Shown: one piece after another, positions 46,375-55,604 of the stretch
Layout: each line of letters begins with the position of its first letter
How positions within the stretch are numbered: position 1 is the stretch's first letter
From: Burkholderiales bacterium
Lineage (GTDB): Bacteria; Pseudomonadota; Gammaproteobacteria; Burkholderiales; UBA11063
Assembly (NCBI GenBank): GCA_035438765.1
Contig: DAORIZ010000002.1
Span: 65,249 to 129,248, forward strand
Direction of reading: 5' to 3'
Length of the DNA stretch: 64,000 nt
Notes under the pieces: model-generated
Told to the model about the DNA's origin: nothing
Seen by the model: the letters and a program-made list of their open reading frames with translations, nothing else
Databases searched by the model: none
Translations under genes and position numbers: made by a program

Positions 46375-47529
46375 ATGAAAAAAATATTGGTAGTTGGTGC
46401 AGGTGTTGCTGGTTTAACTGTTTGCTACTGGTTAAAGAAGTTTGGATTCTTACCAGTTCTGATTGAAAAAAGTGATTTCTTAAGAACAGGTGGTCATGCT
46501 GTAGATATTCGCAGTCCAGCCGTAGATATAATTAAAAAGATGGATATCTATGAAAGCATATTTGAGATGCGTACTCAGCTAGAGAATAGCTACCATGTGG
46601 GTGCAGATAATAAAATTATAAAAGAATCACACGGAGAAGAATCTGGCTTTAATCATGGTGATGATGTCGAAATTGTTCGCGGTGATTTATTATGGATATT
46701 GATGGACTCTATTAAAGATATTCCATGTCATTTTGGTCAAACTATTACTCAAATTAAACAACATGAAAAATATGTTGAAATTACCTTAAAGAGTGGTAAA
46801 ACTGAATATTATGATTTAGTTATTGGTGCTGATGGGCTGTATTCATCTACTAGAGAAATGGCTTTTACCACAGAACAATTTGCTTCAGTTGACCTCAACA
46901 CTTATATAGGAGTTTTTAGTATTCCAAATTATCTTAATTTAAGTAGATCTGAAATAGATTTTGAGTCAGATAACAAACTAATTTCTGTTACATCATTTAA
47001 TGATAGGTATATTGATAAAGCAATTGTCGCATTCTCATTTAGTTGTGACGAAAAAATGAACGATGTACGAGATCAAATGGAGCAAAAAACCTTGTTGAGA
47101 AGCAAATTCATGAATATGGGTTGGGAAGTCAATAACTTACTTAAATTAATGGATGATAGCGATGACTTTTATTTTGACAGTGCCAAACAAATACATATGA
47201 CATCATGGACAGAAGGTAGAGTAGCTCTTATTGGTGATGCAGGATATTGCGCCGCACCGCTGGCTGGGCAGGGTACAAGTCAAGCAATTATTGGGGCATA
47301 TCTCTTAGCCGTGGAATTAAAACGTTTAGGAGGCAATCATTCTATTGCATTTGACCATTATAATAAATTATTACGACCTTATGTTGAAGCTAATCATGAT
47401 CTTGCATTATGGGTAAGTGAAATGTATTTTTTGCTAGATGAGGTATCAGATACGGAAATAGAATTAAGAAATGATATGATTAAAGAAAAATTACAAATAG
47501 CATCAAATGCAATCAAACTACCAGAATAA
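46375..47529 (+). CDS. class A FAD-dependent monooxygenase (copy 2)
   Basis: Translation identical to 22685..23839. Confidence 0.75.
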   Translation: MKKILVVGAGVAGLTVCYWLKKFGFLPVLIEKSDFLRTGGHAVDIRSPAVDIIKKMDIYESIFEMRTQLENSYHVGADNKIIKESHGEESGFNHGDDVEIVRGDLLWILMDSIKDIPCHFGQTITQIKQHEKYVEITLKSGKTEYYDLVIGADGLYSSTREMAFTTEQFASVDLNTYIGVFSIPNYLNLSRSEIDFESDNKLISVTSFNDRYIDKAIVAFSFSCDEKMNDVRDQMEQKTLLRSKFMNMGWEVNNLLKLMDDSDDFYFDSAKQIHMTSWTEGRVALIGDAGYCAAPLAGQGTSQAIIGAYLLAVELKRLGGNHSIAFDHYNKLLRPYVEANHDLALWVSEMYFLLDEVSDTEIELRNDMIKEKLQIASNAIKLPE

Positions 47530-47572
47530 GCCTCAAGATTTTACACTTTTGAGGGGATGGGCAAAAATACCC

Positions 47573-47937
47573 ATCATGAGTAATGTAGTAAGTATATATT
47601 TGTGCTTGTGAGTATCTAATATCTTCAAGACAATCATTAATACAGGTATAACAAATCCTATCATGCAGATAAACTGTACAAAGTGAGCAGTTATCACTCT
47701 GGAACCAATAACGTTTAGCCAATGCAATATAATGTCAAACAATATGTATTGATTGTACTTGGCCATTAGAGGAGCATGAATATATAAATTAGCATAGTTA
47801 TAGCGATAATCACCAGCAACAATGTCTCGAAGTAAATCATCCTGTGGTAATGGTAAATTTAGGAAAAATACTAGAAATACCATTACTAAGTATAGAACCA
47901 AAAGCCAAAATGTATCATCTTTGATAGTTTTATTCAT
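47573..47937 (-). pseudogene. N-terminal ~122 codons of the split polytopic membrane protein
   Basis: ORF 47533..47937 ends with 12 IR-encoded residues (GIFAHPLKSVKS). Its start overlaps the stop of the GT2 gene (ATGA). Confidence 0.8.
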
Positions 47938-48560
47938 GATAAAGCCATTCCTATTAGTTTTAACATATCACGTGGTTTAATTTTTTTACCAATTATTCGT
48001 GGGGTATATCTAACAGAAATAGAATGGATATCTAGTTCGTGTTTAAGGCAAAGCTTATTGAGCTCAGTTTCAAGTTCAAATCCGTGAGAAGTTGACATGC
48101 GGAGAATTTCAGTTGGAACAATTCGTAATCCACTCAGGCAGTCATTAACATTTTGCTTAAATCGTACCCAAAGGATTAATCTGATGATAGAGTTTGCCAA
48201 TCTTGAGCTCCAAAGCATAAGTTTTTTAGGGCGTACTCCAACGTACATTCCATACACAACTACATTAGACATAAGGACTGAAATATATTCAGCATCATAT
48301 TCGAGATCCGCATCCAACAATATTACATATGGAGTCTGAACAACCGTAAGTCCAGCACGTACTGCGCGAGCTTTGCCCAAAGTTATTTCTTGAACAACTG
48401 CAACCTTAAAACTTTGAATAATGCTTAGTGAGCTATCCGTAGAATTATTATCAATGACGACCACTGGAATTTCGGGGTAAAGCTTGATAAGTTGATTTAA
48501 TAGTGTACCTATTGTCCTTGCTTCGTTATAGCAAGGAATTAATATAGTAAAGTTATTCAT
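47934..48560 (-). CDS. family 2 glycosyltransferase
   Basis: MNNFTILIPCYNEARTIGTLLNQL...VVIDNNSTDSS...LLDADLEYD (GT2 DxD). The 68-codon N-terminal extension in the ORF track is probably not translated. Confidence 0.7.
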   Translation of the reverse strand: MNNFTILIPCYNEARTIGTLLNQLIKLYPEIPVVVIDNNSTDSSLSIIQSFKVAVVQEITLGKARAVRAGLTVVQTPYVILLDADLEYDAEYISVLMSNVVVYGMYVGVRPKKLMLWSSRLANSIIRLILWVRFKQNVNDCLSGLRIVPTEILRMSTSHGFELETELNKLCLKHELDIHSISVRYTPRIIGKKIKPRDMLKLIGMALS

Positions 48561-48911
48561 AAAGTTATGACCAATCAAATAAAATGATTGTATCGAAGAG
48601 TGTACAATTTTTAATGTGCGCAATTGCACATATTTACGCTCAAGTAAAGTATAGACTTGGTATGCTCTGCCCATTATTTGTGGATTTTTGCTCACGCAAA
48701 CCGTATTAATAAACTGTGGGCAGCCTGCTGGACAAGCCCGTGGATAACTCCCTGAGTTACCCACCGCCTATGCCCACAAGCTGACGCACAAGTTTATTAA
48801 CACTACTCCACAAGCATGGACAGATTCCGGCGCGCCGGTAACAATAATTTTTTGGATGGTTTTGGATAGCTTAATATTTTTGTTAAAATAGCTCAAAGAG
48901 GTTTTGTGATG

Positions 48912-49200
48912 TATATAATGTTTATAAACATTATATAATACAATATTACACTTAATGATTAATGTTTAATAATGCTACATAATGTTTTAATTACTTTAGT
49001 TATACCAAGAGTCTAACTATTTATTGCAGCGGTAGTATACTGTAATATATTGGTAAATCTATAAAATTAGCCTGAAAAATAAAAACACTATAAAATGCTT
49101 ATAAATATTATAAAACATTATGTACTGTAGTAAATGATTTGTGGTATAATGTATTATTACATAACACAACGCTTATATACATTTTAATACATTATTAGGA
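48912..49200. repeat. centromere-like array of ATAATGT/ACATTAT heptamers upstream of parM
   Basis: 26-bp perfect palindrome TATATAATGTTTATAAACATTATATA at 48912-48937. Further copies lie near 48978, 49124, 49146 and 49188. Confidence 0.5.
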
Positions 49201-49208
49201 GTTTAACT

Positions 49209-50165
49209 ATGAATAATCAAAATACTTTAATTCAAGACATGAATGACATACAGATAATTTCTATTGATCCAGGTTTTGGAGATTGTAAGTGGTTTACTGA
49301 AAATCGCTTCGGGAAATTTTCTACGGCAATTAAGCGAGCTGACGCATCTGCACTAAAATTTGATGTTAAGGGTGGCGATATTAGCTTAAATAAAGATGAA
49401 TACTTATTTAATGGTAGTAAGTGGTACGTTGGTAATACAATTGCTGAAATGGGGGCACTAGCAACTCGCGATTATTCGTTTATTGAGAAATTTGCGCCAC
49501 TAATCGCATTTAAAGCAATTAATGATGCTCAACTCGATCTAACTAAACCAATCAAGATTAAAACCTGCTTATCTATCATGAATTATGAGCATAAAGATGA
49601 GTTTGCTAGGGCACTCTCAACTATTAACGTGAATAATCAAGTGCTTAAATGTGAGGTTGAGGTTATTGCCCAAGGGTTTGCATCTTTTATTGATTACTTA
49701 GCCAATAATAACGCAGATGTAAATGATATTTATACTGTAACTAATATTGGGTTTAATACTATTGACTTTTGTGCAATCTCTGGCGGTCAAGTTGTATATT
49801 CAACAGCGAACCCCAATGGTGTAAATGAAATGGTAAAATCACTCCGGCAAAATTTAGAACATAAATTTAAAATCCACTTTAACGAGCAAGAAGTAAAGCA
49901 AATTTTCTTGGAAAAAAGTATTACAATTTCAGGTAAAACTATTCCTTTAGTTGATGAAATTAACGAAATTAAGGTAAACTACTTTGATACATTCTTTTAT
50001 AGTTTACCTGATGTTCAGGATTATCTGAGAAAAGCGAATAAGAATATTTTTGCTGGCGGTGGAGCATATTTCCTTGAAGATGCTCAAATGAATGCCAACA
50101 TGACATTTGTGAATAAACCATATGAATATAGTGATGTAAGGGGTGTTAACTCATATGAACAATAA
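49209..50165 (+). CDS. parM: ParM/StbA-like actin-type partition ATPase
   Basis: N-terminal phosphate-1-like ISIDPGFGDCKW, 318 aa, followed by a small RHH-like gene. Confidence 0.6.
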   Translation: MNNQNTLIQDMNDIQIISIDPGFGDCKWFTENRFGKFSTAIKRADASALKFDVKGGDISLNKDEYLFNGSKWYVGNTIAEMGALATRDYSFIEKFAPLIAFKAINDAQLDLTKPIKIKTCLSIMNYEHKDEFARALSTINVNNQVLKCEVEVIAQGFASFIDYLANNNADVNDIYTVTNIGFNTIDFCAISGGQVVYSTANPNGVNEMVKSLRQNLEHKFKIHFNEQEVKQIFLEKSITISGKTIPLVDEINEIKVNYFDTFFYSLPDVQDYLRKANKNIFAGGGAYFLEDAQMNANMTFVNKPYEYSDVRGVNSYEQ

Positions 50166-50436
50166 TAACCGGATGCAGATATATCCTAGTGATGCAATGC
50201 AAATTATAATTGACAAGCTTCCAAAAGGGACTAAGTCCAAATTCATTAATTTATGCGTTGAAAAAGTCATTTCAGATGTGAACCTTAGAAATCAGGTGTT
50301 GGCACAATTAATTGGTTTTGACTCCATTGAATCAACACCTGCACATAGTTCACAAACTCAACCGGAAGAGCAAGATACAACAAGTAGTCCAGAACCTAAG
50401 AAAATTAGCGCTGCTACTATCACTTTTAATAAGTAA
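50155..50436 (+). CDS. ParR-like ribbon-helix-helix adaptor (tentative)
   Basis: RMQIYPSDAMQIIIDKLPKGTKSKFINLCVEKVI fits an RHH fold. Acidic, disordered tail. Overlaps the end of parM. Confidence 0.45.
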   Translation: MNNNNRMQIYPSDAMQIIIDKLPKGTKSKFINLCVEKVISDVNLRNQVLAQLIGFDSIESTPAHSSQTQPEEQDTTSSPEPKKISAATITFNK

Positions 50437-50451
50437 CATGGAGTTCGTAGA

Positions 50452-50790
50452 ATGTTAGATCAAACAATTTTTAATCAAGATAACCAAATCCAAAGTTTTG
50501 ATAGCAATGGGAATCTTATTCTCACTGGAGTTTATGATTACACAGTAAATAGAGTAGTAATCAATGAATTTGTAATGAGCACAGAACAACATGGTATTAA
50601 TGTTGGAGCTAGTAGCTTATTGCAATTTGTTGATATCTGTAAAACTAAAAAAATTGATAGCATAAGTTTTTGTGTTCCAAATAGCCCAATGGAAAAACAA
50701 GAACAAGAAGCACTGGCTGAGGTATTACAGAAATCTGGATTTACAATAAGTGAATCTGAAGCAATATTAACTGGTGAGCGTCAATTATAG
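50452..50790 (+). CDS. hypothetical protein
   Basis: 112-aa ORF with GGAG upstream. Confidence 0.4.
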   Translation: MLDQTIFNQDNQIQSFDSNGNLILTGVYDYTVNRVVINEFVMSTEQHGINVGASSLLQFVDICKTKKIDSISFCVPNSPMEKQEQEALAEVLQKSGFTISESEAILTGERQL

Positions 50791-51319
50791 TATTATCTTA
50801 CAAGTAATGGCAAGAACTAAACAAAACCAAGTACCTACTGAATTTCAAGCCTTATATGGACCAATACTTCAGCTAAAAAGGTTACTGCAATCAAATTCTC
50901 TTGAACTATGCGCTGAGCAAATTTTAGAGGGTTTTATTATGCTACACTACGCGACCTTTATCATGACACAGTTTCATAGGCAGCTTGGAAGTAGTACGGC
51001 TAAAGCCTTAATTATTCGTGAATTAATTGAGTTGATCATGTCTCGTGACTCTTATAAGATTCAGCCTGATCAATTAGCTAAGTTATTTAGTTTCATTGAT
51101 GCCTTAGGCAAAGAGTTGAATACTAGTCATAAAGCTTACGTTTATATTGCCATGTACCAGGCTTATCTTGATGCTGAGATATACCGTAATTTCCATCCTA
51201 GCTTAGGGATTTATGATTTTGTAGCATTTCAATATGTCAAACCTGAAACAGTGGCTGGGATGAAGCAATACCATGATGCATCAATTAAAATCCTTGAAGA
51301 GTTAAAAATCATCACCTAA
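50774..51319 (+). CDS. hypothetical protein (start may be the internal MARTKQ)
   Basis: 181-aa ORF, predicted helical. Confidence 0.35.
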   Translation: MSVNYSIILQVMARTKQNQVPTEFQALYGPILQLKRLLQSNSLELCAEQILEGFIMLHYATFIMTQFHRQLGSSTAKALIIRELIELIMSRDSYKIQPDQLAKLFSFIDALGKELNTSHKAYVYIAMYQAYLDAEIYRNFHPSLGIYDFVAFQYVKPETVAGMKQYHDASIKILEELKIIT

Positions 51320-51371
51320 AATTAATCTACGATTAATAAATTAACTAAACTTAGATCCAAATGAGGTTTAT

Positions 51372-51656
51372 ATGAACAAATCAGATATCATTCAAGCATT
51401 AGCACAAACCAATCAAAAATTAGCCTATAGTCAGGTTAAAAAACTCACAGATAAACTATTCCTAAGCATGGCACAAGCCTTAAGCTCTGGTCGCAGAATA
51501 GAAATACGTGGATTTGGTGCTTTCTCGTTAAAAGCTCGAAGTGGCAAGGTCCGAAATCCACGTCACGGTGTAACCTTTGATGCTGGCGAACGCCATGTTG
51601 TTTATTTTCGTGCTGGCAAATTGCTATCTGAACGTATTGATTTTAAAAATGAATAG
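51372..51656 (+). CDS. HU/IHF-family DNA-bending protein (IHF-beta-like)
   Basis: MNKSDIIQALA...GRRIEIRGFGAFSLKARSGKVRNPRHG...VVYFRAGKLL matches the IHF-beta/HU signature. Confidence 0.85.
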   Translation: MNKSDIIQALAQTNQKLAYSQVKKLTDKLFLSMAQALSSGRRIEIRGFGAFSLKARSGKVRNPRHGVTFDAGERHVVYFRAGKLLSERIDFKNE

Positions 51657-51673
51657 TAAATGAGAAATTACAC

Positions 51674-52054
51674 ATGATTTATATGGAAAACAGTCAAAAA
51701 CACCGCTACTATTTATTGTACGCAACTCAGGATCTGCTTGAGTCTTGGTGCTTAGTCACTTCTTTTGGCAGTACAATTACCCATCATGGCCGGACTATTA
51801 CTAAAGTTCATCCAAGTAAAGAAAGCGCTCTACTTGCGTTATTTGATATTGAGACAAAAAAACGTCAACGTGGCTATACTTACAGTGATTTAATCCACCC
51901 TGATTTATTTCATTTACGACCACAAACAATTAAGGAAGTACTTTCTCGTAAGCCCACAACTAATACAACATTAGATAATCATCTTACTGCTTTAATAGAC
52001 ATTGAAGTACACAGTCTTGCATGTCACCCAAATCAACAAGAGCTATTTGCTTAA
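51674..52054 (+). CDS. WGR-domain protein
   Basis: ...RYYLLYATQDLLESWCLVTSFGSTITHHGRTITKV...ALLALFDIETKKRQRGYTY has the WGR-domain pattern. Confidence 0.55.
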   Translation: MIYMENSQKHRYYLLYATQDLLESWCLVTSFGSTITHHGRTITKVHPSKESALLALFDIETKKRQRGYTYSDLIHPDLFHLRPQTIKEVLSRKPTTNTTLDNHLTALIDIEVHSLACHPNQQELFA

Positions 52055-52210
52055 TAAATATATTCCAACAATTAATCAACGCTATTAATAACAGAAAATA
52101 CACCATCATTTTGCTGCCCCCGCTGCGCCGCCACGCCCGAAGCCAGCAGCAAAATGAGGCAATTTCACCCCCATCGAGGCGGCTCATTGCCAGCTAACGC
52201 CAACTCTCAA

Positions 52211-52610
52211 CCCCATGCCAATATTCTGCCACCACTTTCACCCTAAGCAATCCTAAACCTGCAGATACTTTGTTTAGCTTACCGACATTGAAGTGTTTAG
52301 CCAGTCGCCTGGCTATAAATTATGCTTGCTTTTTTGTCATTGATAAAAACCACGGTCTTTAAATTTACCGTGGTTTTTCTTTAACCATGCTAAAAATGCG
52401 CACAATTTAACACACTAATCAATCTCGGAACATTCGACAAGCGGTCATTTGATTGTACCGCCTGGCTCATTATTTTTTGAGTGTATCTGCAGCTTAAGGA
52501 TTGCTAATCCGCAAATTTTTTTTGAATTTTTTTTGCTGAGCAAAATAAATATCAAAATAAATTGGCAGACTCTGGGGGTTCAAGTGGTGGCGTCGTATTG
52601 GCATGGGGGG
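52211..52610. repeat. large imperfect inverted repeat in an ORF-free gap
   Basis: Arm 52211-52243 pairs with 52574-52610 (27/33). Arm 52244-52268 pairs with 52483-52506 (22/25). Internal 11-bp hairpin AAAAACCACGG...CCGTGGTTTTT at 52346-52377. Confidence 0.7.
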
Positions 52611-52799
52611 TAAAAAAGACCTCTGCAAACCAAAGCACCAGATATTTAACAAGCAGGATTTACAAGTAACAAGCAAATTAATAGCTGACTACTTACGGCG
52701 GACGTGGAGAACCACTAATTGTACCGTGAGTTAGTTAAGGGCTTGTGAACGAAGTATTTAACAGAGATTAATAATATTTTTTTTGGGGGGTAATAAATC

Positions 52800-53201
52800 A
52801 TGTATCAAGATTTACTTTTATACTTTCCACGTCTTAATGGAGGCGTGAAATCAATGAGGACAGATTGGCAAGTATTTAGTCGTCAGTTTTCGATTGTTCA
52901 TGAGTTGGCTAATACGGCTGAGGACTGGGAGATTTTTTTAACACAAGCTGGGTTGCCGTTAGATTTTAAGCCAGATTATTCTAGCAGTGGCTTTTGTAGC
53001 GAAGCTTTTAATGAATTGTGTGAGCTGGGCTATATTGAAAATACTGAGTTTGATTTTATGGAATGCTTTGCATATAACGGTAAGGTATTTGCTAGTCCAA
53101 TTAATACCAATTTGCAAAGTGGTAAGCATATATCTAAGGCTTGGGACTTATTCATTGAATATTTTGAACAAACTAATAACTGTAAACTTTATTTTAAATA
53201 G
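52800..53201 (+). CDS. hypothetical protein
   Basis: 133-aa ORF, the first after the structured gap. Confidence 0.4.
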   Translation: MYQDLLLYFPRLNGGVKSMRTDWQVFSRQFSIVHELANTAEDWEIFLTQAGLPLDFKPDYSSSGFCSEAFNELCELGYIENTEFDFMECFAYNGKVFASPINTNLQSGKHISKAWDLFIEYFEQTNNCKLYFK

Positions 53202-53204
53202 GCG

Positions 53205-53534
53205 GTGTTTATCATGACAGTAATTTTACAAGAAATCAGCAAAGGTAGGCAAAATGTATTTGTTCAAAAAATCATTCAAGGAACAAATCATTTAATCAGG
53301 TTAGTGCTTAATAGTGATAGTTATGAGGCACAATGTTATTCGAGAGTCTATGTTTTTGATAAAGCTACGAATAACTGGAATATTTTATATAAAAACTTTA
53401 ATCACTCAATCCCAAGTGGGCTTGTATATCGGATTAATAACAATCAAAGCCCTGACTGCTTACTGCGTTATTTTACCGATGAAATAAAGCACTTGCAAAA
53501 GATTGCCAGCAAACTATTACAGGATAAATTCTAA
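53205..53534 (+). CDS. hypothetical protein
   Basis: 109-aa ORF, 3 nt after the upstream stop. Confidence 0.4.
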   Translation: MFIMTVILQEISKGRQNVFVQKIIQGTNHLIRLVLNSDSYEAQCYSRVYVFDKATNNWNILYKNFNHSIPSGLVYRINNNQSPDCLLRYFTDEIKHLQKIASKLLQDKF

Positions 53535-53553
53535 ATTTTACTAAATACATTAG

Positions 53554-53576
53554 CCACTCATTGAGTGGTTTTTTTT
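53554..53576 (+). terminator. intrinsic terminator
   Basis: CCACTC-att-GAGTGG followed by T8. Confidence 0.6.
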
Positions 53577-53592
53577 ACTAGGATAGCAAAAC

Positions 53593-54834
53593 ATGGAACA
53601 TAAAAATAACTCAAATAACAATCAAACCTTACCACTTCACAAATTAGAGCAATTTATTGCTAATGTTAAGGTACTCGAAGAACTAGCAAAGTCAAACCCT
53701 AAGCCAGAAATTTTAAAGAAATATAAAGGCTTTGGCGGCTTACGTAACTGCTTTTGGGATAAACAACTGTACGGACAAATAATGCGAGCTATTCGCGCCA
53801 ACTTTGGTACTGAAAGAGAAAAAGACGTTTTGGAGAATTTACGTCAAAGTACCAAAAGCGCATACTATACACCAAAGGAAGTGATTAGCTTTATGTACCG
53901 TTATTTAGAGCAAGTTTGTAACTTTACCGGAGGCGAGATATTAGAGCCATCATGTGGCAATGGTGCATTTTTTGAATATATGCCAGAATCAATCAGGCAA
54001 AATAGCCAGATTACTGGTGTTGAGTACGACATCTTAACCAGCAAGCTAGTAAAAAACATCTACCCAGACATTGAAGTTATAAATGATGGCTTACAAAATA
54101 TTGACTTTGGCGCTAAAAAATACGACTTGATTATCGGCAATCCGCCCTATAGCGATGAAAAAATGACTGATGATTTTATGCCGGACTTAAACGGCTATAC
54201 AATCCACCATTATTTTACGGCTAAATGTATGCGATTACTGAAAGATGATGGTATCTTGGCGTTTGTACTACCATCGTTTTATATGGACATACCACGCAGC
54301 AACACCAGGCACATAATAGATAATGAAAGCGTTGTTATTGATGTTTTACGCTTACCAGAAAACTTATTCGACCAAGCGACGATAACGGTTGATATTTTAT
54401 TTATTCGTAAGACAGGAAATAAAATCCATGACATCACCCAAACAACAACGTATAACCAAGGCGATGCAAGCGAGCAGGTAAATGCTTACTGGCTCAATAA
54501 TCCAAAACGCATCATTGGCAAACTCAAGCTAAAATGGGTTAAGGCTTATAACCGATATGTACCAACCTGTGAAGTTCAAGATAAGTTTAAAACCTTAAAC
54601 TACCTCAAATGTTGTGAGTTTACCGAGGCAACTATCAGCAATTATCAAAATATTATTGCAACTGAGGCAACAAGCAAACCCGTAAATCAAGATGCACCAC
54701 AAGTTGTTAGGGATATAAACCTATTGCTAACTGAAGTAGTTTGCATTAGTAATGAGCTAGGGCAGTGGGCTACACGGTTTAATAACCTATTTCAACGGCT
54801 TGATTCAATTAAAACAATTTTACAAATTAACTAA
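53593..54834 (+). CDS. orphan N6-adenine DNA methyltransferase
   Basis: Motif I ILEPSCGNGAFF and motif IV IIGNPPYS. No adjacent nuclease or specificity gene. Confidence 0.75.
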   Translation: MEHKNNSNNNQTLPLHKLEQFIANVKVLEELAKSNPKPEILKKYKGFGGLRNCFWDKQLYGQIMRAIRANFGTEREKDVLENLRQSTKSAYYTPKEVISFMYRYLEQVCNFTGGEILEPSCGNGAFFEYMPESIRQNSQITGVEYDILTSKLVKNIYPDIEVINDGLQNIDFGAKKYDLIIGNPPYSDEKMTDDFMPDLNGYTIHHYFTAKCMRLLKDDGILAFVLPSFYMDIPRSNTRHIIDNESVVIDVLRLPENLFDQATITVDILFIRKTGNKIHDITQTTTYNQGDASEQVNAYWLNNPKRIIGKLKLKWVKAYNRYVPTCEVQDKFKTLNYLKCCEFTEATISNYQNIIATEATSKPVNQDAPQVVRDINLLLTEVVCISNELGQWATRFNNLFQRLDSIKTILQIN

Positions 54835-54853
54835 CCAAGCAATTTTGCTATCC

Positions 54854-54887
54854 AGCCGCAGAGATTATATCAATGCGGCTATTTTTT
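54854..54887 (+). terminator. hairpin plus T-run module (paralog of 55605-55637)
   Basis: AGCCGCA-gagattatatcaa-TGCGGCT followed by ATTTTTT. Confidence 0.55.
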
Positions 54888-54900
54888 ATGAGGTATCAAG

Positions 54901-55260
54901 ATGTTAATAAATGATATTACTACTTATTTAGCTGAGTTAACTAGTACAGGCTTGAAAATATATAAAACACCAAACATTTTATATATTTTATGTGATGTTG
55001 AGGTGAAAATTCCTTTTTATGATGGAAGTGACCCTAGAAGTCGGAGAGGACAAAATGGCATAGTCAAATATTTTAAATTTGATTGTGACTATGGGAGTTG
55101 TACTCTAAATGTTGTGTTTTCAACCCCAGATAAGGACTTTAAATATCATGCAGAATTTGATTATTCAATTTTTACAGAACATTTAAGTTTAACTAAGCGA
55201 AACAAACTTGAGGATTTTATTGAGGCATTAATAAATGAGGTTAAATCAGGAAAGTACTAA
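54901..55260 (+). CDS. hypothetical protein
   Basis: 119-aa ORF with GAGG upstream. Confidence 0.4.
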   Translation: MLINDITTYLAELTSTGLKIYKTPNILYILCDVEVKIPFYDGSDPRSRRGQNGIVKYFKFDCDYGSCTLNVVFSTPDKDFKYHAEFDYSIFTEHLSLTKRNKLEDFIEALINEVKSGKY

Positions 55261-55311
55261 TTACTACTGTAATAAATATCTAACAGAAAAATTTTTAGGA
55301 GTCTTATAAAC

Positions 55312-55569
55312 ATGGTAAATATAGAAAATCATGAAATGGCAACAGTCTTGCAGTATGATGTTACCGTTGAAGTTGCATTTAATAACTGCAACAAGACAAT
55401 AACATTTTTAAATACCGCCGTATTTTGTGGTGGTAGACCAGAATGGCAAAGATTTTTAGTAGAGTTGGGTTCTGGCGCTGAAAAATCCGTTATGTCACTC
55501 AAATTTATTGATGAAGCGCAAGCTATTAATTTTTATAACAAATTATTACAAATATTTAATAATTGGTAA
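55312..55569 (+). CDS. hypothetical protein
   Basis: 85-aa ORF with AGGAG upstream. Confidence 0.4.
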   Translation: MVNIENHEMATVLQYDVTVEVAFNNCNKTITFLNTAVFCGGRPEWQRFLVELGSGAEKSVMSLKFIDEAQAINFYNKLLQIFNNW

Positions 55570-55604
55570 TCATTAATCATCAAATAATTTATTTTTTACT
55601 GTCT

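Larger units (their letters stand above)
41659..47572 (-). mobile_element. Tn3-family transposon, copy 2 (5,914 bp)
   Basis: Same IRs and same ORF translations as copy 1. Left flank TACAG, right flank ATCAT. Confidence 0.9.

Noticed and set aside
47934-48764. 276-aa version of the glycosyltransferase from the ORF track
   Set aside because: The first 68 codons cover a GC-rich, IR-containing non-coding-looking patch. GT2 enzymes normally begin a few residues before the ...IPCYNE motif, so I used the ATG at 48560.
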